Shown here: positions 1 through 8,165 of the stretch, piece after piece
Layout of the letters: each line of letters begins with the position of its first letter
Numbering within the stretch: position 1 is the stretch's first letter
Virus genome (UHGV): UHGV-0087833
Source of the DNA: a virus
Reading direction: 5' to 3' (one strand)
DNA: 39,497 bases
The notes under the pieces: model-generated
What the model was told of the DNA's origin: nothing
Database searches by the model: none
What the model saw: only the letters and a program-made list of their open reading frames with translations
Position numbers and translations under genes: made by a program

Positions 1-37
1 GTAACAGAGGGTTTTGTTCATTCATAGTGCAGGGTCA

Positions 38-54
38 AATCATTCCCACTCAAT
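38..54. repeat. att core, left copy (AATCATTCCCACTCAAT)
   Basis: Exact 17-bp match to 39444-39460; flanking bases differ on both sides. Confidence 0.8.
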
Positions 55-141
55 TATTTACGACACACATAACCAATTGACTGATAACAACTTTCTGCAA
101 CCTGATTTTCGCCGTACCGTTTTATATACCGTCACCGGAAA

Positions 142-639
142 TCAGTGCCACGATTTTTGTTTCTTCAGTGAATCGTATTGCTGTTCGCAGGATTCTCCTG
201 CAATCCGATACTTTTCAGCCTCAGCTGCTGTTGCGTTGTAAACTCGGTTGCTTTCTTCAAGCATGTCGGCGAGCACACCGATGACCTTGCTGGCTGACGT
301 GCCAGTGGGGAAAGATCCGGTATAGTGTTCGGCGAGTCGCTTGGTTTTGTCAAGCTCGGCGCGCAGGCTGTCAGCAGCGGCATTAGCATGCTCAGCATCA
401 ACACGCGCCACATCGATACGGGATTGTGCTTCACGTTCAATTTGTGTTTTCTCCTGATCACGTTGTGACCTGGCCTTATCATCAGCCTGTTTCTGATCTT
501 CCTGTGCCTGTGCATACCCGGCGTCGTACTGACGACTACCGTGTGCATTCCAGGCTACAACTCCTGATATGACCAGAACAGCAAGCATCGCCATGATAAC
601 CAACTGTTTCCAGTATGCTTTTGCGAATGCCCAGATCAT
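142..639 (-). CDS. Rz-like i-spanin
   Basis: N-terminal TM segment then charged coiled-coil-like region; last gene of lysis cassette, overlaps endolysin end. Confidence 0.7.
   Translation of the reverse strand: MIWAFAKAYWKQLVIMAMLAVLVISGVVAWNAHGSRQYDAGYAQAQEDQKQADDKARSQRDQEKTQIEREAQSRIDVARVDAEHANAAADSLRAELDKTKRLAEHYTGSFPTGTSASKVIGVLADMLEESNRVYNATAAEAEKYRIAGESCEQQYDSLKKQKSWH
165..398 (-). CDS. Rz1-like o-spanin lipoprotein embedded in Rz in another frame (start approximate)
   Basis: Frame inside Rz gene encodes [12 protein letters not shown] with lipobox LTAC followed by proline-rich sequence. Confidence 0.45.
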   Translation of the reverse strand: MLSMLMPLLTACAPSLTKPSDSPNTIPDLSPLARQPARSSVCSPTCLKKATEFTTQQQLRLKSIGLQENPANSNTIH

Positions 640-1265
640 ACCGCCAGCACCTTACTGGCAGTGATGTATCGCGCGCGCCGGTCATCAATGCCGTTCCGGC
701 CACCATTGATAAGCAGAGTTACACGTGCAATATCTCCGGTATACTTCATGCAGCCTTTGCTGGAGAAGAACCACGCCGCGCTACGAGCCGCGTATTCGTC
801 CTGCGCCAACAGTTCAGGATTCTCCAGCAGGTCCACTTTCAGGCCGTTTCCGCAATCACGATAGTTATTCAAACCGGTAATCTGGATAAGTCCGCGACCC
901 CGGTAATTCCAGCCATCGCCGGGGGCATTGTTCCCCATGCGTTTGCTGTACACCAAATTTGCGATCGCACGCTGGCGCTCGAGTGGTAATGGCGGTTCAC
1001 CAGCACGGCGACCCAGTGCGTTGGCCTGTCCCTGAGTGAGACGCCCAGCCCGAACAAAGTTAGCCAGTCCGCTGACGCTGTAGTTGAAATTTTCCTGCAA
1101 CCGGGTGAAACCTCCAGACTCATGCCCGACCTGAGCAATAAACATTGCCTGATCTTCTGGTTTGCTGATACCAAACTCTTTCATCGCAGAAGTTATATGC
1201 GAGAACCAGCGTGCGGCCAGCGCCTCGCTAATACCAGCAGCTCGCTGGAATTGTTTAATCTCCAT
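636..1265 (-). CDS. Endolysin, glycoside hydrolase family 19 (chitinase-like lysozyme)
   Basis: Motifs GHESGGF and [12 protein letters not shown]; start taken at MEIKQF (ATG 1265-1263) rather than the longer ORF-track start. Confidence 0.85.
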   Translation of the reverse strand: MEIKQFQRAAGISEALAARWFSHITSAMKEFGISKPEDQAMFIAQVGHESGGFTRLQENFNYSVSGLANFVRAGRLTQGQANALGRRAGEPPLPLERQRAIANLVYSKRMGNNAPGDGWNYRGRGLIQITGLNNYRDCGNGLKVDLLENPELLAQDEYAARSAAWFFSSKGCMKYTGDIARVTLLINGGRNGIDDRRARYITASKVLAV

Positions 1266-1563
1266 GTTTAGACCTCGATACTTTGAAAATTTGAACGACG
1301 TTACCGCGCGTTTTAATAACCGCAGCGAGCATGACAGCGTTGATAATGACCTCAGATAAATCCACAGCCATTGGCGTGCGGAACCAGATTGCATAGGCAA
1401 CACGAACCGGAATACTGGCCGCAGCAACAATCAGGAAATAAGCAAGCCACCCCCCCCATCTTCGATGTTGAGATCCGTTACGCCGGAATGTGACAACACG
1501 AATTGCTATGCCAGTACAAATAACTGCATTGGTGATAAGCAAAAAAAACTCATGCGTTACCAT
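1255..1563 (-). CDS. Holin
   Basis: 102-aa protein with hydrophobic TM segments directly upstream of, and overlapping, endolysin start. Confidence 0.7.
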   Translation of the reverse strand: MVTHEFFLLITNAVICTGIAIRVVTFRRNGSQHRRWGGWLAYFLIVAAASIPVRVAYAIWFRTPMAVDLSEVIINAVMLAAVIKTRGNVVQIFKVSRSKHGD

Positions 1564-1954
1564 CGTCTTTTCTCCCCGGAATTAACTCGCGTGGATTATC
1601 GGAACGGTGGTAGAGCCATATACCAATACGCACAGCAACAATTGCTGACACGAATGCGCCAGCAGAGAAAACAATCCCTTTTTCAAAAGAGTCCTGCGTG
1701 ATAGTAGGGATCAGGCTGGCTATGCCGATAAGAATTGATGCTGCTGGTTTATAAAAAAGAAGGCCGCAGAGAAAGCTAAGCATCGACAAGAGTACACGAC
1801 GACGAATGGGATACTCTACCGCAGAGGTAACAAAAATTACCGCTCCAGCCAAAGCCCCCAAAGCAACCTCAGGAGGAACTCCTGCTATCACCGCCGCCAG
1901 AGAACTCATGCTAAGCCACTGATTTAAAGTTTCACTGGTTAGTTGAGCTGACAT
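1550..1954 (-). CDS. Multi-TM membrane protein, holin/antiholin-like
   Basis: Several hydrophobic helices, overlaps holin start; ATG at 1954 preceded by GGTGGA. Confidence 0.5.
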   Translation of the reverse strand: MSAQLTSETLNQWLSMSSLAAVIAGVPPEVALGALAGAVIFVTSAVEYPIRRRVLLSMLSFLCGLLFYKPAASILIGIASLIPTITQDSFEKGIVFSAGAFVSAIVAVRIGIWLYHRSDNPRELIPGRKDDGNA

Positions 1955-2174
1955 GTTTTCCACCGTTTATATGCATAACTACCTCCTGAACAGTAAAGCA
2001 TTATGCATGATAAACCATTTATGGTTTTTTGTTACTTCAACATCGTCAATCCCCTGTTTTCATGCCGATAATAAGGCTCACCTTTTACATAACACTGAAG
2101 AAACAACAGTACAGAAATGATTCAAACTATGGAGATCGGGTTGAATACCGCGCCATTTGATGGCGCGGTAGCGG

Positions 2175-2459
2175 TCAAATAGAGAAATAAATACAAAAAC
2201 AAAAAATGACAGGAACAGCAAAATCCAACAGACTTCCCACATCCCACACGCGTGGATCAAAACCTCCCCACCATGGCATGTTGATACGTTTCCCTTTCCC
2301 AAACTTTTCTATCCAGCGATATTCTGCCTGGGTGTGTTCACGCGCAATGAAGAACGTACAACCGGCTATCGCACCGTAAGCCCAGTTTCCGGTAGAAAGG
2401 CCAACCAGTATCTGCGCAATAACCGCGCATACTGCATGTGTTATTGGTGTTGTATCCAT
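2175..2459 (-). CDS. Small membrane protein directly downstream of tailspike
   Basis: 94 aa from ATG 2459 with AGGA RBS; two hydrophobic segments. Confidence 0.5.
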   Translation of the reverse strand: MDTTPITHAVCAVIAQILVGLSTGNWAYGAIAGCTFFIAREHTQAEYRWIEKFGKGKRINMPWWGGFDPRVWDVGSLLDFAVPVIFCFCIYFSI

Positions 2460-2495
2460 ATTTTTATCCTTTTTTAATTTAGCAAATTGATACAA

Positions 2496-5270
2496 TTACA
2501 CTCCTGATACTTCAATAGATAGTTGAATCTTATTTGGCATCTTGTTGCTTAAATATATGGTTGCAAAGTCAAACGAAATATTTAAGTTATTTTCATCACC
2601 ATCATTATCTGAAAGAACTCCGGTTTTCAATACAACATTTTGCTTATTAATTTCTTTTAAAGGAGAAAAATCAATTGCCTCACCACGATGAATAAGAACA
2701 CCAACTGCAATTACCCCATGAATATCAAGTATGTCGTGCATATCAAGGCGAACACATGGGACATATCCACCAACAAGGATACTTGTAGATTTGTTGGCTT
2801 CAAGTGTTATTAGATATTTTCCGTCTGGTTGAACTATTGTTCCTGCTATTCCATCTGGCGTGTTGAACATACCGCAGTATCTGTATCCTGCTCCAACAGG
2901 AACAATTCTGTTACCGCCAAGATCATGGAAATTTCGAACAATTATTGCACCAGGAACTGATGAATAAACCATTACTGCCTCTGTTTGCCCTGATACAGAG
3001 TCTGATGTTTCTGGGTTCGCCATGCATAAATTACCACCAAAATAAATATTTTGGATTAGAGGGGTGAGGCCATCATTAACCTCAAAACGTAAAAAGCCCT
3101 TGAGAACAGTCCTTGCGGTATTATTCTTAATAACAACAGGAAGTTCTTTATAGTAAGAGTTTCTGTCTGTCTGTGCCAGAGTTGTTTCAATAAAAACAAA
3201 AGGTCTGTGATTACGTTGAGTTGCATTCACAGGTTTGTACCTCAAGTTGTATGGCAAAGACATCTCAGTAAAACCATCAATATAATTACAGTTCTGAATC
3301 GTGAACCCACCACCACTATATCTTACAAAAAAAGGAGCCGGTCCGCTAAATCCCCTGGCGTTCATTCCATCATACACTTCATTTAATCCGCGTATTACAC
3401 CAGCATAATACAAATTGACTGAATTGCCGCCTGTAAAAGTTGTTTCGTATGATGGGCCGTGTCCACCGCAACATGAATTTCTTGTATCGCCATCAGGGAA
3501 AAATTTAACTCCATCATATGCAGTTCCACCACCCATCATCGTTGGATTTATAATGTTATTATACAGTGATACCATTTGAGTCCCGCTTACATCAAGCCCC
3601 CTCCTGCAAGCAAATGCTATCATATCCACGACTGTGCAATAGCTGCTATTGTATATTTCAACACCATAACCAGTGCCGTTTGTTAAATCATATGCACGGT
3701 TTGAGTATTCAATATATGGCTCTATTATTTTCGTTCTGTAGCATGACTCAAGAAAAATTCCAGTTTCTGAAAAGCCGATTAGTTTTATTCCTTCTATATG
3801 CATATCAACAGCGCCATCTATCACAAGACCACGGAACCCCAAATCACCAGGAGATGCGTTCTGCGTGACAGGTCTTTCAAAATTGAAATCACCGACAATT
3901 CTGCCGTAGCATGGTTTTCTTTTATATATATTTGCCTTTCTTGTGATTTTAAACACGTCTCCAACAGATGGTTTAAACGGGAATGGTCCCTGAGCATATT
4001 CAAATTTTGCTGTTTTAGTGTCGTAATCCCAATGAGTTATGTATCTTGATATTCCGGCGTTAGCTCCGGTGACACCTGTTACTTTTACCTGATTGTATTG
4101 TTTTGTTAATGTTGCATCATTACCAAATGAGAATTCACCTCCGGATACAGATGCTGTTACGGTCGTTGAGTAATCATTGCTCGCAGAGTAGAAAAAATAA
4201 AATGCACCTGATATCTCCGCTTTTTTTGTTGCATTATCAAAAGCAGTAACAACATGCATTTCACCTTCACAAGCCTGTCCTCTATTATCTGTCTGAATTA
4301 AGCGATTGCCATGAATCATAATTATATCGCCTGCATCAACAGAATATGCTGAGTTAATTGATATTGATGTGTCACCAGGATTTATTGTTGAATTATAGTC
4401 AATTGGCGTGGCATCTCCACCTTCGAGTCTTATGAAATAATCATCAATCCAGTTTGGGCCAAGAGGCTCTTTTGCGGTTGACTTTAAGACAACCTTGCCA
4501 TCAGCTACCCAGTCATAGTTATAATTATCCCCGCCGCATTTTATGCGGCTAATCAAATACACACCAGAATCCCACTTCAGGCGTTTTCCGTTAGATGCGC
4601 AGTAAATGATGGCATTTGTTATTGCGTCTGTATCGTCAGTAATGCCATCCCCTTTTGCACCAAAATCGCGAACATTGACGATATCCCGCATTTTATCCTG
4701 GAACGTTCGGTACACAGCCCCAGAACCATACTGAATAAACCAACCAAAACCACCAACAACCCCGGCGATTGCAGCATCGACATAATTACGCATTGAGCGA
4801 TTATTTACAGCGTCCTGCTCAAGTGATGGATCTGCAAGGTTAGAAATTTTGTTTTGCTTTGCATCGTAATATTTTGCAAGCAAAGATGGTTTCATCAATG
4901 CACGTCTGAACCACCCAAAACATCGCTGGATCAGCATCGTCAGGTAGTCAAATGCATCTTCATGAACTTCGGGGAAAAATTTTCCCTGATTGCGAAGATC
5001 AGTCTCCTGCACCACATCAAGCACACGCTCTATCGTAATTCGCCAGCCAGCAGCAAGCGGCGACGGGAGAACCACTTCACCGCCACTATAAGTGCCCGCT
5101 CCAGTTACCTTATAACCGGTATCCAGAACCAATTCTGTTACGTTCCCGTTCAGGTCAGACACCTGAACAACCAGGTCGGTTTTTTTGAAAATACGGAAGG
5201 TATACGGAAATGATGTCGTAACGCCGTTACCGGTGTATTCGTTGTGGTCAACTTCGGTTGAGACCGTCAT
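2496..5270 (-). CDS. Tailspike / tail fiber protein
   Basis: 924 aa; N-terminal tail-attachment-like domain (YTGNGVTTSFPYTF), long beta-rich body; sits between ejection proteins and lysis genes. Confidence 0.85.
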   Translation of the reverse strand: MTVSTEVDHNEYTGNGVTTSFPYTFRIFKKTDLVVQVSDLNGNVTELVLDTGYKVTGAGTYSGGEVVLPSPLAAGWRITIERVLDVVQETDLRNQGKFFPEVHEDAFDYLTMLIQRCFGWFRRALMKPSLLAKYYDAKQNKISNLADPSLEQDAVNNRSMRNYVDAAIAGVVGGFGWFIQYGSGAVYRTFQDKMRDIVNVRDFGAKGDGITDDTDAITNAIIYCASNGKRLKWDSGVYLISRIKCGGDNYNYDWVADGKVVLKSTAKEPLGPNWIDDYFIRLEGGDATPIDYNSTINPGDTSISINSAYSVDAGDIIMIHGNRLIQTDNRGQACEGEMHVVTAFDNATKKAEISGAFYFFYSASNDYSTTVTASVSGGEFSFGNDATLTKQYNQVKVTGVTGANAGISRYITHWDYDTKTAKFEYAQGPFPFKPSVGDVFKITRKANIYKRKPCYGRIVGDFNFERPVTQNASPGDLGFRGLVIDGAVDMHIEGIKLIGFSETGIFLESCYRTKIIEPYIEYSNRAYDLTNGTGYGVEIYNSSYCTVVDMIAFACRRGLDVSGTQMVSLYNNIINPTMMGGGTAYDGVKFFPDGDTRNSCCGGHGPSYETTFTGGNSVNLYYAGVIRGLNEVYDGMNARGFSGPAPFFVRYSGGGFTIQNCNYIDGFTEMSLPYNLRYKPVNATQRNHRPFVFIETTLAQTDRNSYYKELPVVIKNNTARTVLKGFLRFEVNDGLTPLIQNIYFGGNLCMANPETSDSVSGQTEAVMVYSSVPGAIIVRNFHDLGGNRIVPVGAGYRYCGMFNTPDGIAGTIVQPDGKYLITLEANKSTSILVGGYVPCVRLDMHDILDIHGVIAVGVLIHRGEAIDFSPLKEINKQNVVLKTGVLSDNDGDENNLNISFDFATIYLSNKMPNKIQLSIEVSGV

Positions 5271-5374
5271 GTTAAATCTCCAGATAGTCGCAGCACCCGT
5301 TGCGCCGCATATCTGGTTATTCTATTACCTGAAAAACCACATATGGATAGAAAGACTGTAAATACGAATAGATA

Positions 5375-5389
5375 TTACCTTTCGGGTAA
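5375..5389. promoter_or_regulatory. Operator palindrome TTACC-tttcg-GGTAA (site 1)
   Basis: Perfect 5+5 inverted repeat with 5-bp spacer between divergent tailspike and ant-operon starts. Confidence 0.6.
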
Positions 5390-5426
5390 TTTGCAAAACG
5401 TGCTGGATAGCAAACAAATTATTTGA

Positions 5427-5446
5427 TACTGTATAAATATACAGTT
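5427..5446. promoter_or_regulatory. LexA (SOS) box TACTGTATAAATATACAGTT
   Basis: CTGT-N8-ACAG with AT-rich centre, about 20 bp upstream of the first antirepressor-like gene. Confidence 0.8.
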
Positions 5447-5465
5447 ATTGCATGGAGAAGATAAG

Positions 5466-5723
5466 ATGCAGCAGTATCACTATCCACTGGAAGACGGATT
5501 TACCGAAAGGATTCACACGCCGGGAGGCGTCAGGTCACTGGTGGAGGGATCGCACTTGATGAAATTACTCCGGGATCTCGATAAGGATGGATTTAATGTC
5601 GATGGCCCACTTGCCGAACTGACTGCACTGATTAACTACGTCACCAGCTCACAGATGTCTATGCGGGATCTGCAAACACATCTCGACTATTGTGCCGAAC
5701 AATTACGAAAACAAACCAGATAA
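5466..5723 (+). CDS. Antirepressor C-terminal-domain paralog (stand-alone)
   Basis: 85 aa; clearly similar to the C-terminal 50 aa of the downstream Ant (LMKLLRDLDKDGFNVDG...DLQTHLDYC vs LMNLLNQLQEDGHDVSG...DIQTHAEYI); GGAGAA RBS. Confidence 0.65.
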   Translation: MQQYHYPLEDGFTERIHTPGGVRSLVEGSHLMKLLRDLDKDGFNVDGPLAELTALINYVTSSQMSMRDLQTHLDYCAEQLRKQTR

Positions 5724-5754
5724 GGTTTGCAATTACCAAGTAGAGTGTTTATTA

Positions 5755-5769
5755 TTACCTTTTCGGTAA
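5755..5769. promoter_or_regulatory. Operator palindrome TTACC-ttttc-GGTAA (site 2)
   Basis: Perfect inverted repeat just downstream of the Ant-C paralog stop. Confidence 0.6.
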
Positions 5770-5855
5770 ATTTACATCGCACTCCTCTTGTGCCATAGTA
5801 ATCGGGCACTGGCAAAATCCAGTGCCGGGATTGGCGTCCCGGGTTACTACAGAGG

Positions 5856-5887
5856 CACATATGCCGCATAAGCGGTTTTTTTATGTG
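5856..5887 (+). terminator. Hairpin plus T7 run inside the ant leader (intrinsic terminator/attenuator candidate)
   Basis: CACATA...CCGC-ataa-GCGG-TTTTTTT-ATGTG; upstream hairpins at about 5803-5826 and 5827-5844. Confidence 0.45.
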
Positions 5888-6035
5888 TAAAGCGCACCTA
5901 TTCTATGGTGGGCTGTGTGGGGGCACCGAAAGGTGCGCCGGGTCCTTTGTAGCCGGTTACGCCAACCCTGCACAGTTCACCACCAACCGATTGGCGTCGG
6001 TAGTGGTGATTAACCTAACTACAAAGGTGATCACT

Positions 6036-6722
6036 ATGACTGCTAACGTAACCCCATCTGTTTTTCATTTTGAATCAGAAGCCACCATTCGAGCCATTGT
6101 TATTGATGGAAATCCTTGGTTTGTTGCCAAAGACGTTATTAAAGCTCTTCAACTGACAAACCCCACTATGTCAATAAAATCTCTTGATGATGATGAAAGG
6201 GCTAAATTTAACTTAGGCCGTCAAGGTGAAACCAATATTATCAACGAGTCAGGCCTCTACACACTGATCCTCCGCTGCCGCGACGCAGTGACACCAGGCA
6301 CTATCCCCTACCGCTTTCGTAAATGGGTTACAGGTGAGGTTCTTCCTCAGATCCGCCGCACCGGAAGTTACATTAAAAACTCGCTCCCGCAGGAAGAACG
6401 CATAAAGATAGTTGCCGACCAGGTAGCCAACGCCACAGCATCAGCAGTGATGCAGGCAATGAAGATAGAGAACAAAACCTACAGTGCCCCACTGAAGCCC
6501 GGCTACCGCAGCCTGATTCATTCTCCGTCTGGTGTTCTCGGCCTGACGGAGAACTCACTGCTGATGAATCTGCTGAACCAGTTACAGGAAGACGGGCACG
6601 ACGTATCGGGCGCGGCGGCGGAGCTGACCACCATGTTCTGCTACATTGTTGGTGTGAGCAAATGCCTGCGTGATATCCAGACCCACGCGGAGTACATCAA
6701 CGACAAGGCTGGGTTCTTCTGA
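6036..6722 (+). CDS. ant: Antirepressor Ant (Bro-N domain plus Ant C-terminal domain)
   Basis: Bro-N signature (GNPWFVAKDVIKAL...LDDDE...ESGLYTLIL...FRKWVTGEVLPQIRRTGSY); start at internal ATG 6036 with AAAGG RBS. Confidence 0.85.
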   Translation: MTANVTPSVFHFESEATIRAIVIDGNPWFVAKDVIKALQLTNPTMSIKSLDDDERAKFNLGRQGETNIINESGLYTLILRCRDAVTPGTIPYRFRKWVTGEVLPQIRRTGSYIKNSLPQEERIKIVADQVANATASAVMQAMKIENKTYSAPLKPGYRSLIHSPSGVLGLTENSLLMNLLNQLQEDGHDVSGAAAELTTMFCYIVGVSKCLRDIQTHAEYINDKAGFF

Positions 6723-6794
6723 CGGGCGGCGGCACAGGGATGTGCCTTTAAATAATTCTGTACAGATTGCAGACTGTGGGTGAATAGCGTACTA

Positions 6795-6809
6795 TTACCT
6801 TAAAGGTAA
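6795..6809. promoter_or_regulatory. Operator palindrome TTACC-ttaaa-GGTAA (site 3) overlapping a sigma70-like promoter
   Basis: TTGCAG (6768-6773), 16-bp spacer, TACTAT (6790-6795), then operator and AGGAGG RBS. Confidence 0.6.
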
Positions 6810-6821
6810 AGGAGGCGCGAT

Positions 6822-6989
6822 ATGACAGCGTTGAAAAATCGTACTCAGCACAATGAACAAGCCAAGCAATGCTGGGATGTCATTGGAAAAGTTATGCTTG
6901 GCCGCGCAAGCAAAGAGCGCGACAAGGATATGGTTTACCAGACAGGAACATCTTTCAGCGACTTCAAGGCGGCATTTCGCTCCAAATAG
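6822..6989 (+). CDS. Small hypothetical protein (55 aa), first gene of accessory cassette
   Basis: ATG 6822 eight nt after AGGAGG; in-frame TAG at 6987; below the ORF-track size cut-off. Confidence 0.5.
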   Translation: MTALKNRTQHNEQAKQCWDVIGKVMLGRASKERDKDMVYQTGTSFSDFKAAFRSK

Positions 6990-7009
6990 AAGCACATCAG
7001 GAGTTTTCC

Positions 7010-7450
7010 TTGAAGTTTAACATTAGAATATCTAATAGTTTTCTACATGGGGAAAGCAACACCCCTTTCGCTGTAGACGGACCTTTCCTTACTGATGATG
7101 AAATAAAAATCATACAAAGTTTTTTAGAGGATGTTGCCAATGGAAGGGCGCTTGTTGGAAAAAACAAGCCCTCGTGGGTTGATGATAACCATGATAAAAT
7201 TCCCGGCTCAGACAATTATGAGCAAGAGAATTATTGGCATTATCATTGTGGGCCAACATGGTATCCAAACACATTTAAGAATTATACCATTAACTTAAAT
7301 TTCAACCCTGGCGGAAGGCATTCTAATGAATGCATTCATTATGCAAAAAATGATAATGAAATTGTCATTGTTGGATTTTCAAGAGAACACATACCTTTCC
7401 TTTCATCAGATGGAAACAACAATCCGCTTTTTAATGATGAAGAAGAATAG
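7010..7450 (+). CDS. Hypothetical protein in low-GC island (146 aa, TTG start proposed)
   Basis: Only in-frame start not overlapping upstream ORF is TTG 7010 with AGGAG 6 nt upstream; region visibly AT-rich relative to the rest of the phage; followed by terminator. Confidence 0.5.
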   Translation: MKFNIRISNSFLHGESNTPFAVDGPFLTDDEIKIIQSFLEDVANGRALVGKNKPSWVDDNHDKIPGSDNYEQENYWHYHCGPTWYPNTFKNYTINLNFNPGGRHSNECIHYAKNDNEIVIVGFSREHIPFLSSDGNNNPLFNDEEE

Positions 7451-7471
7451 CCCGCGCTGCGGGCTTTTTTG
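7451..7471 (+). terminator. Rho-independent terminator
   Basis: CCCGC-gct-GCGGG followed by CTTTTTTG immediately after stop. Confidence 0.75.
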
Positions 7472-7542
7472 TGGGCGAAACAAAAGTCAGTGCTACACTC
7501 ATTGACGCCACATTGAGGTGGCTTATAGATGGAAATTTCACA

Positions 7543-7704
7543 ATGAAAAAAGCATTTGCTGCACTGTTCGTTTTGTTGTCTCTGGTAGCTTCAACTCAGG
7601 CCTTTGCCGGTCGTTGTCAGCACGACAGCGACACTGCTGCTGACGGCTCCCGCTGCGGTGGGCGTTCTGCGGATTCCCGCCCGGGTGGCGGTGGCATTCG
7701 TTAA
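7543..7704 (+). CDS. Small secreted peptide (53 aa precursor with signal peptide)
   Basis: MKKAFAALFVLLSLVASTQAFA-GR...: classic n/h/c signal peptide; mature part Gly-rich with 2 Cys. Confidence 0.45.
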   Translation: MKKAFAALFVLLSLVASTQAFAGRCQHDSDTAADGSRCGGRSADSRPGGGGIR

Positions 7705-7726
7705 AAACAAGGCCGCGAAAGCGGCC
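7703..7726 (-). terminator. Rho-independent terminator for the minus-strand lipoprotein transcript
   Basis: GGCCGC-gaaa-GCGGCC hairpin followed on the minus strand by TTGTTTTT. Confidence 0.55.
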
Positions 7727-7727
7727 T

Positions 7728-7739
7728 GTGACATGTCAC
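7728..7739. repeat. Perfect palindrome GTGACATGTCAC (copy 1 of 3)
   Basis: 12-bp perfect palindrome between lipoprotein stop and terminator hairpin. Confidence 0.8.
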
Positions 7740-7742
7740 GAC

Positions 7743-8156
7743 TTATAAAGATGACTGATATTTTACAACTCTGTTCATGGCATCTTTTTTCACCGAGCTG
7801 ATATCAGTTCTTATTTTGGCTTCGTCATTACTGCTTATCATGCTATTAATTTTTTGCACTGACATGCCGTTTCTTTCAGCCATTGCACATACAGCAGCAT
7901 CGTATGAAGAACTCGCTGCGATGGATATCACCTTGTTACACTCAAACACAGCACCTTCAGCAATATCAGATGCCGATGAGGCTGGCTTGGTATAAGTCTT
8001 GACGTAGTGATCAATACAACTATCCTTCGCCGTCTTGGCAAGAGAAAAATCCATTTTAACTTTGTCGCAATATGCCTTATCAACACCGTCATAAACATCA
8101 TAGGATGTCGAGCAAGCGGATATCAAAAATACCGATAACAGCAATAATTCCTTCAT
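7743..8156 (-). CDS. Lipoprotein (low-GC accessory gene)
   Basis: Signal peptide with lipobox LISAC; AAGGA RBS; AT-rich coding sequence. Confidence 0.7.
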   Translation of the reverse strand: MKELLLLSVFLISACSTSYDVYDGVDKAYCDKVKMDFSLAKTAKDSCIDHYVKTYTKPASSASDIAEGAVFECNKVISIAASSSYDAAVCAMAERNGMSVQKINSMISSNDEAKIRTDISSVKKDAMNRVVKYQSSL

Positions 8157-8165
8157 TGTTGTTCC

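Noticed and set aside
636-1430. 264-aa form of the endolysin ORF
   Set aside because: The first 55 residues overlap the holin gene in another frame and are Arg/Leu-rich; the GH19 domain starts at MEIKQF (1265).
2078-2302. 74-aa minus-strand ORF overlapping the small membrane protein gene
   Set aside because: It overlaps the better-supported 94-aa gene and spans the hairpin in the gap; no RBS.
5883-6035. N-terminal extension of the antirepressor ORF (MCKAHLFYGG...) starting at 5883
   Set aside because: The ATG lies inside the terminator T-run and hairpin region, has no RBS, and Bro-N domains start at the protein N-terminus; ATG 6036 with an AAAGG RBS is preferred.
6869-7009. ATG 6869 as start of the low-GC ORF (193-aa version)
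   Set aside because: It would overlap the well-supported 55-aa ORF in another frame for 120 nt; TTG 7010 with an AGGAG RBS is used instead, though the start remains uncertain.
7471-7542. GTG 7471 start for the small secreted peptide ORF (77-aa version)
   Set aside because: It begins inside the preceding terminator; the signal peptide starts cleanly at ATG 7543.
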